A stretch of DNA of 64,000 nt from positions 4,943 through 68,942 of the forward strand of contig CAZYBU010000015.1 of NCBI GenBank assembly GCA_964645775.1, given 5' to 3'. Position numbers and translations under genes: made by a program. The notes below the pieces were generated by a model that saw only the letters and a program-made list of their open reading frames with translations, was not told where the DNA came from and made no database searches. This document shows positions 10,201 through 18,194 of this stretch, piece by piece. Each line of letters opens with the position of its first letter. Position 1 is the stretch's first letter. The DNA comes from an uncultured Leptospirales bacterium. GTDB taxonomy: Bacteria > Spirochaetota > UBA4802 > UBA5550.

Positions 10201-10306
10201 GAACTCCCTTCGTCTCGGTTTCGACAGTTACGTTACCCGCCCGGTAAACCTCTCCTCCCTCACATCACGCATCCTTCATCTGCTGGAGAGGGGAACCCGT
10301 CATTGA
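7238..10306 (+). CDS. Hybrid sensor histidine kinase: REC-like, multiple PAS, HisKA, HATPase, C-terminal REC-like
   Basis: 1022 aa. H-box SHELRTPLNAILGF and a C-terminal ATPase region with GYGLGLPLARR. Both REC-like domains look degenerate: N-terminal IVIISPSSDE lacks the DD pocket, and C-terminal DLIIIASTLPGMDS has Ala at the phospho-Asp position. Confidence 0.85.
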   Translation: MNIRRIVIISPSSDERELLRVMVKTFDLAEVKAFSSTEEAGKQISQGDKTDLIIIDYNALTGKKSVQELQELREEHSFSLICLTDTDSPRTMAHLREISPFIIMGKPVDPFQLEENIRSLFRFLDGVKDLRENEKALRIAFDQSNDAIIWAEAETGIIVECNRSAEHLLDRTREEIIGLHQSKIHPEPERKSDRDHFKNAELYNPPDTFIDVHIQRPDGSLRSVEIVSTVFKRHGVSMVQGVFRDVTFRKEMDRQLKEDEELFRTIAESSHIYLFLFQDGELIFVNDALCRAYGYERDEMIGADFQKLHEMLHPDDRETALREFALLESGQKQSSRTHLRVINKNGHLLNVDHHARIVDFRGKPAHLVTQADLTAVLETGQRLMMEQERLSAIIHSSPDGIIVADRENITLRCNRMAAQLHGYDHPDELMGVNTLELIHPEDRELFMRNGMDLINGEGLSTVTISLLRKDGTSFPAEMSLAVLREQEEITGFLGIARDVSIKHRTFQELKESNERFRLLYDNAPMAYLVMDDRGTITRANHAARTLLKYSEEEFLDIGIEVLFSDNQGKEDRGAFILNYIQEGEQIEQEETWLYDREGNRVSVLLSLSTIIEPDTGRVRECYLTLEDITDRKQVEEHLYQAKLQADAANQAKSLFLSKVSHELRTPLNAILGFGQILEQEAGRDLTDVHRSYLNDILQGGNQLLEMIEKILDYTRLESGSVRLSRAPFDLPLMINRLVAELKPRARECRQVLTINQDETIRWIYADEEKVKHALRNILTNAIQYSREGNKIHVQCKALDNRAVIDIQNNGSPIPAEKREEIFAPFEQLERRMDNPTPGYGLGLPLARRIAELHDGSLDLIDSQGEGNTFRMILPGLFSQEQSQTHDILEGVLLNRENYGSPYQILLVDGNLQSSKQIEEGLRQAGYKVDRAESGESAFLKIIREKYDLIIIASTLPGMDSAETLNRIRTTDHVAVPVIAITDDRNSTENSLRLGFDSYVTRPVNLSSLTSRILHLLERGTRH

Positions 10307-10992
10307 AGTTCACGCGCCGTGTCGGGATTGATCACCGTTATCTTGATCCTGATATGACCGTGCCGGAAGACAGTGAACCTGTCGGGATGGATCTTTGTCA
10401 GGTCCACGTCGATCCGTGCGGAATCATCCACATGGGGAGGGATACGGACTTCCAGCTGCGAGGTGGTCCCGATTTGTCCCAACCCCCGGCATACGTGACA
10501 TTCAGAATTGCTTCCCTGGCAGAGGGGACACAACATCCTGGCCGGCAGTGAGACCCGGGCCACGGCGCCCCTGCGTGCCTCCAGGGGTGTAACCAGTATC
10601 TCAACATCCTGCCCGAAGTTTTTCAGAAGGTCCTTCCGTTTCATTCCTTTCGGCAGAAACCTTACCTTAAGCATCTCCTTCAGGGAAGCGGAATACCGGA
10701 TACGCCTGTTTGAAATGACAGGGTACCTGTCAGGGGCGTCCACCTGATGATCGAAAAGGGCCCGGTCATACCTCAGACGAAGATCGTCGTCCGACAGAAT
10801 CCGGTATCCCCGGATGATAAGTTCCACCTTCCGACCGGCGTTATCCGAAACACCTGCGATATCCGGGTGATACCTGCGGATAAGGGAGCGAAAGGATGAA
10901 CGTATCTCCTCTGCCGTAGCGGAGTAAGAAACGTTAAAAAGAGAATAGAAGTCGACGACCTTTCCGTTACTGTCAAGGAAATCCGGGTTCAT
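10300..10992 (-). CDS. J-domain (DnaJ-like) protein with a single CxxC-CxxC zinc finger
   Basis: J-domain with the HPD motif (RRYHPDIAG), then CPLCQGSNSECHVCRGLG. The 3' end overlaps the kinase gene convergently by 7 nt. Confidence 0.7.
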   Translation of the reverse strand: MNPDFLDSNGKVVDFYSLFNVSYSATAEEIRSSFRSLIRRYHPDIAGVSDNAGRKVELIIRGYRILSDDDLRLRYDRALFDHQVDAPDRYPVISNRRIRYSASLKEMLKVRFLPKGMKRKDLLKNFGQDVEILVTPLEARRGAVARVSLPARMLCPLCQGSNSECHVCRGLGQIGTTSQLEVRIPPHVDDSARIDVDLTKIHPDRFTVFRHGHIRIKITVINPDTARELQ

Positions 10993-11122
10993 GATTTTTG
11001 ATTATTTAAGAGTGAATAAAAAAGTAAAGCAGGAAAATCAGTCAAGTAAATGGGAGATGAAGTTTCATGTTTAATAATTGATATATTCTATCCGGGATAT
11101 ATTCCTTAACTTTATTTGCTAT

Positions 11123-11152
11123 ATAAAAAAATTACCCGCCGCTGAAAGCGGC
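11123..11152 (-). terminator. Candidate rho-independent terminator on the minus strand
   Basis: Hairpin gccgc-tgaaa-gcggc followed by a U7 run on the minus-strand transcript. It lies about 226 bp downstream of the hydrolase stop. Confidence 0.4.
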
Positions 11153-11378
11153 AAGAATGTTTTAGTTTCTGTTTGCACCTGTTACTTGAATTCAGGTCAA
11201 AATTTTTATATTGACCCTGATGAAAAAGGCACCCTTGTCAATATGACTATAGAACATGCAAAGGAAAATTCAATATTGCCAGAATTTTCGTGCCAGAAAT
11301 TATTAACAGATCTGCATTAACATTGTACGTATAGATAACTTCCGCTCCCTGCACTGATTACTCAACCTGCATGAACAA

Positions 11379-12311
11379 TCAAACAGCCCGGAAAAACTCC
11401 AGGAAATCCTTAACAGTCTTCTCCGGGATCTCTTCCATGGGGATATGGCCCGCGGAGTCGTAGATGCGAAGAATCGAACTCGGCAGCTCCCGTCGGAATA
11501 AATGTCCATGACGCACAGGTATCCAGGCGTCCTTCTCTCCCCACATGATAAGGACCGGCAAAGTAAGCTCCTTGAGGTCGGGGGGCTTACTGTTTACGGG
11601 TAATTCAAAACGTTCCGTCATAACCCTGCGGTTGCCTTCCCTGAGCAAGAGCCTGTGATACCGATCCACGGTTCCAGGTTCAATTCTGGAGAGGTCCCCG
11701 TAGACCTGTTCCACGGCCGCCTTTATAACGAATCGGGGCGTTACCCATCGTGCTAAAGAGGAGAGGATCGGGATCCTTAGTATCTGAAAGAGGGAAGATG
11801 GTGATCTATCCATGGGGTATCCTGCGGCGTCGATCAGTACCAGGTGAGAAACCCGTTCCGGATAACGCAGGGCGAACTCCCAGGATATGCGTCCCCCCAG
11901 GGAATTTCCGACCAGGGTGACTTTGCCGGCGTCAAGGCGCTCCAGGAACCGGGCCAGGAAGGCGGTATACCATTCTATCGAGTAGTCTCCCTCCCCGTTC
12001 GGTCCCGTAAGGCCGTAGCCGGGAAGGTCCAGGCGTATGACTCTCGCCTCCCGGGATACAGCATCCGTCCACCGGTCCCAGGTATGGAGGGAGGAGGCGA
12101 AGCCGTGCAGCAGGACAACGGTCTCTCCCTTGCCCTCGTCCCGGTAATGGACCTTCATGCTCCCCATCTCCAGAAAACGGGAGGCGTCCCCCGCGTACAC
12201 TCTCTTCAGTTCTTCCGCCGGTACATCCAGGTGACAGTTCCAGGAGATAAAACCGAGAACAGGTAAAAGAATAAAAAGGGTAATTCCGGTGAGAGGAGAA
12301 AACTTTTTCAT
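11379..12311 (-). CDS. Secreted alpha/beta-fold hydrolase
   Basis: Signal peptide, HGFASS, and the nucleophile elbow GNSLGG. Confidence 0.75.
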   Translation of the reverse strand: MKKFSPLTGITLFILLPVLGFISWNCHLDVPAEELKRVYAGDASRFLEMGSMKVHYRDEGKGETVVLLHGFASSLHTWDRWTDAVSREARVIRLDLPGYGLTGPNGEGDYSIEWYTAFLARFLERLDAGKVTLVGNSLGGRISWEFALRYPERVSHLVLIDAAGYPMDRSPSSLFQILRIPILSSLARWVTPRFVIKAAVEQVYGDLSRIEPGTVDRYHRLLLREGNRRVMTERFELPVNSKPPDLKELTLPVLIMWGEKDAWIPVRHGHLFRRELPSSILRIYDSAGHIPMEEIPEKTVKDFLEFFRAV

Positions 12312-13348
12312 GTCGGGAATACCATGTCCAGGTTCAGATGTTCCGATACAAGATCGCGAAGCTTGAATATCCTCTTCTCGTTGTCCTTCGTCAGGAGGGC
12401 CTCCATCCGGTCAATCTGCTTGGCCACCTGGAAGGTATCCATGGTTACAAGAAGAAGAGGAACCTGGTTCTCCCGGGCCTTGGCGATAATATTGGCAGGG
12501 GGCAAAATATTGTTTGTAAGGACGATACCCCGGGTGTCCCGGTCGATGGCGGCCAGTATCATGTCGCTCCTGTCACCCGAGGTAATCAGGAACTTGTCCT
12601 CGCTGTTAAAGAGGGGATTCCGCATGGTCTCATCCGTTGACATGGCCCCCACCAGTACATTGCGGATCACGTTACCCAGACCTGTATCACCGGCTATGAC
12701 CTTGGCGTGCAGCTTTTCCGCGACATAGCTTATGGTTAGAAAAGTCAGGTCTTCATACAGAGGTATAACTCCCGCTATGGGAAGATCATATTTCTCTATC
12801 ATGGAACGGTAGACGTCATTGAACTCAGCCACGTCACGGACCTTGTTAATGATGATTCCGCCGAAATTGACATCCGCTGTCTTCAGGTAATTCTTTATGA
12901 ATGCGACGTCATCCATGACTTCGTCGTTATTTCCATTAATAATCATGAAAAGCCGTGCCCCGGTATACCGGGCCACGCTAAGGGTATCCAGCTCCAGCGA
13001 CGAACCGTAGGTGACGTCCTGTCCGCCCTCCACGAAAAGGAGGTCTTTCCCCTGTGAGGCTTTCTCCGCCATGGTGGTCAGGGTACCCTCGATGCTTCGG
13101 GAAGAGAACATGTAACGGAGTTTCGACTGATCGAAACCGAGGGTTATCCCCTCCGGTTCCTGGTCCAGCTCAAAGAGTTCCAGTATGAGATTGGAGTCGT
13201 AGTCCCAGTTTCTCTTTCTCTTGTAGATCAGTCTGTCGCCGAAAGGTTTGATATACCCGAACCGTCGCTCCTGCTGAGCCATGAGTCCCACGATCAGACT
13301 GGTTTTACCGGCGCCGGGTCGCACCGATCCTATCATTATCTTACTCAT
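12308..13348 (-). CDS. Stand-alone phosphotransacetylase N-terminal-like regulatory protein (BioD-like P-loop plus DRTGG domain)
   Basis: P-loop GSVRPGAGKTS and a DRTGG-type segment DRDTRGIVLTNN. There is no Pta catalytic domain. The start overlaps the ACD stop by 1 nt. Confidence 0.55.
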   Translation of the reverse strand: MSKIMIGSVRPGAGKTSLIVGLMAQQERRFGYIKPFGDRLIYKRKRNWDYDSNLILELFELDQEPEGITLGFDQSKLRYMFSSRSIEGTLTTMAEKASQGKDLLFVEGGQDVTYGSSLELDTLSVARYTGARLFMIINGNNDEVMDDVAFIKNYLKTADVNFGGIIINKVRDVAEFNDVYRSMIEKYDLPIAGVIPLYEDLTFLTISYVAEKLHAKVIAGDTGLGNVIRNVLVGAMSTDETMRNPLFNSEDKFLITSGDRSDMILAAIDRDTRGIVLTNNILPPANIIAKARENQVPLLLVTMDTFQVAKQIDRMEALLTKDNEKRIFKLRDLVSEHLNLDMVFPT

Positions 13349-15477
13349 TAAAGCGCTTCCTCCCCTTGTTTTTTAAGAACGATACCCACGTCCAGGACCA
13401 TCAGACCCTTCTCTTTCTCGTAGACAGCCACGGGATCTATCTCTATATCGACTATCGATTCACTCGCCTGGAGAATGGCGCCGGTCTTCAGCACAAGGTC
13501 GACCAGGGAATCTATGTCCCGGCGCATCTCCCAGCGGGCCCCAAGCAGAAGGGGATAGGCCCCGGTCTCTTCCAGCATGTCCCGTACGTGGTTCCTGTTC
13601 AGAGGATAATTCCGTATACTCCTGTTTCCCCCGGTCTCGGAAATGATCCCTCCCAGGCTGCTCGTCACAACGGGACCGAAATGGGGGTCCCTCTTGGCCG
13701 ATATATTTATCTCAAGACCGGTATCGACCATGGGAGACACCTCCACACCTTCTATGACAGCGTCACTGCGCACCAGCCGCACGTTATGCTTGATGGCCTC
13801 AAAGGCGTCGATGACTTCCTCCTGGTTGTCAAGCTCCAGGACGACCCCTCCAACGTCCCGTTTCCTTTGGACGTCACGGGATACGACCTTCATGGCCAGG
13901 GGATACCCCAGATTCCCAGCCGCCTGGATTACATCGGGCAGATTCCGGCAAAACCGGCTCTCGATGAGGGGAATCCCGGCCGCCTCCATGATCTCGCGGC
14001 ATTCCCCGGCAAGGAGAAAATTTCTCCCCTCATTCAACGCCCGGGAGGCCACTTCTTCTATTGTCTTTTTGTCGATCTCAATATAGTCGAACTGATCGTC
14101 CATCGAAATGAGGTGGCGCCTGTAGGCCAGAAGGGCCCCTATGCTCGACACCGCCTGATCCACGTAGGGATAGACAGGAATGTTTTCCCGTCTCAGGACC
14201 GTGAGGGCCTCCTGTACCGGCTCACCGCCGATAAGGGCGAAGGTCACCGGTTTACCCGCGTCGCACATTTTCCTGTGGGTGTCCCGTATCAGGTCCTGAA
14301 GGTTCTCGCAGTCAAAATTAACGGTCTGGCAGTAAAGGATAACGGCATTCTCAATGGCATCCTGTCCAAGCATGCCCTCAACGGCCTTCCGGTAATCGTC
14401 GGAACGGGCAAGTGCCGTAAGGTCCACCGGGTTCTTTACGGAACCGAAGGATGGCGTTGCGGATTCAAAAATCTCGCTCAGTTTCCTCTGGTCATCCATG
14501 AGAGGAACTCGATGGCTCTCCGCGTCATCGGCCGCTATGACCCCGACGCCGCCGCCGTTTGTCAGGATGAGGGTTCTTTCCCCCCGGGGAACAGGGCAAT
14601 AGGCCAGAAAGTGGGTCCAGTCAAAGGCCTCTTCCAGGGTTCTGGCCCGGATAACTCCGCATATCTTCATTGCGGCGTCAAAGACGTCATCTGAACCGGC
14701 CGGAGAACCGATATGGGCGGCCGCCGCCACGGCACCTCGCTCGGAACGGCCCGATTTAAGGACCACGACCGGTTTCTTCCTGGTGGCCCTCCGCAGGGTC
14801 GCAAGAAGGCGCTCCCCTTCCTTTACGCTCTCCAGGTGTATAAGTATGGCCCGGGTATTGTCATCCTCTATAAGGTACTCCAGGAGGTCCGACTCGTTCA
14901 GGTCGCTTTTGTTTCCCGTGGAGACAACGGCTGAGAGGCCCATCCTGTCAACCACAGCCTTCCCGATAACGGCTATCCCCAGGGCTCCGCTCTGGGTGAG
15001 AATGGCTATATTCCCGTGAGTAATATCCGTGGAGGAGAAGGTGGCGTTCATTGAGGAGGAGGCTGCGAATATCCCGAAGACGTTCGGTCCCAGAATACGC
15101 ATCCCGCTCCCGGCCGCGATACTTTTAATCTCATTCTCCGCTCTTCTGTTCCCCACCTCGGAGAAACCTGAACTGATGATCTGTACAAAGCGGACTCCCT
15201 TTTCAGAGCATTTTCTGACGGCTTCCACGACCTGGTCGGCCGGCAGGGTGATGGTCGCTCCTTCCACCTCTCCTGGAATCTCAGCAAGGGAAGCGTAGAC
15301 TTTACACCCATGAATTTCCCCTCCGCCCGGGTTTACAGGATAAATCTCCCCCTTAAAACCGCCCGAGACCAGGTTCTTGACCACGATGTTCCCTATCTTG
15401 TCCGGGTCCTTCGAGGCTCCGATCACGGTCAGGCTTTCTGGTTCGAAAAGGGGACGAAGGGCATTACTATTCGACAT
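13348..15477 (-). CDS. Acetate-CoA ligase (ADP-forming), fused alpha/beta (ACD) or Pat-like ACD domain
   Basis: 709 aa. CoA-binding N-terminus LTVIGASKDPDKIGN, a CoA-ligase core, and a C-terminal ATP-grasp region. The canonical GHAGA phospho-His loop is not obvious (AAAHIGSPAG). Confidence 0.75.
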   Translation of the reverse strand: MSNSNALRPLFEPESLTVIGASKDPDKIGNIVVKNLVSGGFKGEIYPVNPGGGEIHGCKVYASLAEIPGEVEGATITLPADQVVEAVRKCSEKGVRFVQIISSGFSEVGNRRAENEIKSIAAGSGMRILGPNVFGIFAASSSMNATFSSTDITHGNIAILTQSGALGIAVIGKAVVDRMGLSAVVSTGNKSDLNESDLLEYLIEDDNTRAILIHLESVKEGERLLATLRRATRKKPVVVLKSGRSERGAVAAAAHIGSPAGSDDVFDAAMKICGVIRARTLEEAFDWTHFLAYCPVPRGERTLILTNGGGVGVIAADDAESHRVPLMDDQRKLSEIFESATPSFGSVKNPVDLTALARSDDYRKAVEGMLGQDAIENAVILYCQTVNFDCENLQDLIRDTHRKMCDAGKPVTFALIGGEPVQEALTVLRRENIPVYPYVDQAVSSIGALLAYRRHLISMDDQFDYIEIDKKTIEEVASRALNEGRNFLLAGECREIMEAAGIPLIESRFCRNLPDVIQAAGNLGYPLAMKVVSRDVQRKRDVGGVVLELDNQEEVIDAFEAIKHNVRLVRSDAVIEGVEVSPMVDTGLEINISAKRDPHFGPVVTSSLGGIISETGGNRSIRNYPLNRNHVRDMLEETGAYPLLLGARWEMRRDIDSLVDLVLKTGAILQASESIVDIEIDPVAVYEKEKGLMVLDVGIVLKKQGEEAL

Positions 15478-17374
15478 TTGCGTCTCCGAAATTCATGATC
15501 AGATAATATACGCCATCTTCAATCTGCCGATGCAGGTTAGGAAAGTGCTTCTGGAAGACATGGAACATGGGTCGGTTCTCGAGAAGGACCTCGGCCGTAA
15601 AACCGTGCAGGCCCTCTCTCTTTCCAAGGACCGTAAGATACGCAAGAAGCTCACTGCCGATTCCCTTGTTCTGGTAATCATCGGACACAGAAAAAGCTAC
15701 CTCGGCCGTGTTGGTGTTTTCATCCTTGAGAATCTGTCCCATTCCCACGACCTCTTCCCGCTGTTCACTCTCGATGCAGGCCAGGATGATGAGTTCTTTC
15801 GTGTAATCTATAACAACGAAATCCTGTCTCACTTCGTGGGGCATGTCTTTACGCATGATCATAAAGCGCCTGCGAAAACTTTCATCGGAGAGGGAATAGA
15901 AGAAGTCCTTTATCAGGGTTTCATCGTTTATATTCACGGGACGAAGCTTGATGGTGACACCCGTCCGGGTTGTCCTGTAGCTCTCAAGATGGGCCGGGTA
16001 TTCGCCCTTCTTACCCGGTATAAAGGCCTGGTCCTTGTAGATCAGGTTCAGCCTTTTGCCCTCCTCGATAAGCCAGGAACGAAAACGGGGATGGGCGATT
16101 GCGATTAGATCCATGGCCCTCTCCCGTATGTTCTTCCCGTGGATGTAGGCCATGCCGTACTCTGTTACGACATAAAAGATATCCCCCCTGTTGTAGGTCA
16201 CACCGGCACCCATGTCGAGAAAGGGTACAATTCGAGACACCTCTCCGTTGAGGGCCGTGGACTGCATTACAAGGATGGTCTTTCCTCCCCGTGCGAGGAC
16301 CGCTCCCCTCATGAAATCGGCGCTTCCACCGATACCGCTGTAGAAAACCCGGCCTATGGACTCTGCCGTGGCCTGGCCCGTCAGGTCTATCTGCAGGGCG
16401 GAGTTTATGGATGTCATATTATCCTGCTGGGCTATGACCAGCGGATCATTGGTGTAGTCGATCCTCTTGAATTCAAAGGCAGGATTGTCGTCGATATACC
16501 TGTAGGTCTCCTCGGTTCCCATACAGAAGGATGCCACGGTCTTCCCCCGGTTAAGGGTCTTTTTCCGGTTATTGAATATCCCTTCATCGATCATCCGGAC
16601 CATGGTATCTGTCAGGAGCTCGGAATGTATACCCAGATCGTTCTTGTCGGCCATGTTTGACAGGATCGCCCTCGGTATGCTTCCGTATCCTATCTGGACG
16701 GTATCCCCATCCTTGACGATACGGGCCGCGTACTTCCCGATCTTGTCGGCGATTTCATCTGAAGCGCTGGGGACGAACTCCAGAATCTTTTCATCATGAT
16801 GCACGACAAAATCGATGTCGCGAACATGAATAAAGGTATCGCCATGGACCCTGGGCATATTAACGTTCACCTGGGCGATTATGACCTTGGCGCTCTCAAT
16901 GGCAGCTTTGGTGATGTCCACACTGACGCCAAGGCTGACATAACCGTTTCGATCCGGCATGGAAGTCTGGATCAGGGCCACGTCAATAGGAACCATCCTC
17001 TGGTAGAACTGGTTGGGTATACGGGAAAGAAAGATGGGAGTATAATCGGCCAGTCCGCTGTTGACATTCTCCCGGGTGCTGCTTCCCACAAAAAATGAAT
17101 TATGCCTGAAATTATAATTGAACTTTTCATTAGCGTAGGGCGCCAGACCGAGAGTCCATACGTGCATGACCTCCGCGTCCGCGAAGGCGCTCGGGTTCGA
17201 CTCGATATAGCGGACCATGGAATTGACCAGGTACTGGGGCTCACCGCAGGCCGTGCTTATGAATATCCTGTCTCCCCGTTTAATATGTTTGAATATTCTG
17301 CTCTCCTGTTCAAACTTTTCGGGGTAGTTCTTTTGGATCTCTTCGAGAATTTCGTAATGTACTTTTTCAGCCAT
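15467..17374 (-). CDS. Acetyl-CoA hydrolase/transferase family domain fused to a C-terminal Pat-type GNAT acetyltransferase
   Basis: About 430 aa of CoA-transferase fold, then IKLRPVNINDET...RRRF...YQNKGIGSELL (GNAT motif A). Confidence 0.75.
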   Translation of the reverse strand: MAEKVHYEILEEIQKNYPEKFEQESRIFKHIKRGDRIFISTACGEPQYLVNSMVRYIESNPSAFADAEVMHVWTLGLAPYANEKFNYNFRHNSFFVGSSTRENVNSGLADYTPIFLSRIPNQFYQRMVPIDVALIQTSMPDRNGYVSLGVSVDITKAAIESAKVIIAQVNVNMPRVHGDTFIHVRDIDFVVHHDEKILEFVPSASDEIADKIGKYAARIVKDGDTVQIGYGSIPRAILSNMADKNDLGIHSELLTDTMVRMIDEGIFNNRKKTLNRGKTVASFCMGTEETYRYIDDNPAFEFKRIDYTNDPLVIAQQDNMTSINSALQIDLTGQATAESIGRVFYSGIGGSADFMRGAVLARGGKTILVMQSTALNGEVSRIVPFLDMGAGVTYNRGDIFYVVTEYGMAYIHGKNIRERAMDLIAIAHPRFRSWLIEEGKRLNLIYKDQAFIPGKKGEYPAHLESYRTTRTGVTIKLRPVNINDETLIKDFFYSLSDESFRRRFMIMRKDMPHEVRQDFVVIDYTKELIILACIESEQREEVVGMGQILKDENTNTAEVAFSVSDDYQNKGIGSELLAYLTVLGKREGLHGFTAEVLLENRPMFHVFQKHFPNLHRQIEDGVYYLIMNFGDANVE

Positions 17375-17454
17375 GGGGTATATTATTCCTTTACCGGCTC
17401 CGAGGGAACACGGAATTTCTGATTTTTCAAGGACTTTTTACGACAATCCCCGTA

Positions 17455-18108
17455 TCATCCGCCGCTGCTCTGCACCCAGATAGTCGCGTTCTGTATGAGT
17501 TCAATGGCGTTCTTGAGTCCGAGTTTTTCCTTAATATGGGCCCTGTGGTTCTCCACGGTTTTCACGCTTACCTGGAGCTTTGCCGCTATTCCCCGGGTAG
17601 TAAGTCCCTCCCCGATAAGCTGATAGATCTCCAGTTCCCGGTCCGTGAGCTGATCGATACCGGTGGCCCCTTTGTCGCGGTTACCGTCTATAATCTTACG
17701 AAGAATATTCGAGGAAATATTTTCACTGACATATACCCGGTTCTCCTTTACGGAACGGATCGCCTGGAGAATCATCTCCGGAGCTTCCTGTTTCATAATA
17801 TATCCCATGGCACCCGTGCGCAGAATACGTTCCGCATAGATAATTTCGTCATGCATGGAGAGGACCAGAATACGGATATCCGGATACTGCTGCCTCATTT
17901 CTTTGATAAGGTCGATGCCGCTGCTCTGATTCAGGGAAATATCCACAATAGTGATATCCGGGACTTCCCGACCAAGGAGCTCAAGGGCCTTATCAACGTC
18001 ATCGGCCTCACCGATTATCTGCAGGTCATCCTCCATACCGATAAGCTCGGCCAGGCCCCTCCTGAAAATGGGATGATCTTCCACAAGGAGGATTTTCGTT
18101 ACACTCAT
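17455..18108 (-). CDS. NarL/FixJ-family response regulator (REC plus LuxR HTH)
   Basis: ILLVEDHPIFRRGL in the receiver and a C-terminal LuxR-type HTH with LTDRELEIYQLIGEGLTTRGIAAKLQVSVKTVENH. Confidence 0.9.
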   Translation of the reverse strand: MSVTKILLVEDHPIFRRGLAELIGMEDDLQIIGEADDVDKALELLGREVPDITIVDISLNQSSGIDLIKEMRQQYPDIRILVLSMHDEIIYAERILRTGAMGYIMKQEAPEMILQAIRSVKENRVYVSENISSNILRKIIDGNRDKGATGIDQLTDRELEIYQLIGEGLTTRGIAAKLQVSVKTVENHRAHIKEKLGLKNAIELIQNATIWVQSSGG

Positions 18109-18194
18109 GGAAATTTCACTCCCGGTTCAAATCTGATAAGCTGATTCACTTATGGCCTTCTATCCTTTACTGTAAAGCATTAAATACCGACGTA

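Noticed and set aside
13366-16660. Plus-strand ORFs of 442, 243 and 173 aa antisense to the ACD and CoA-transferase/GNAT genes.
   Set aside because: Same shadow-ORF pattern. The minus-strand proteins carry clear catalytic motifs.
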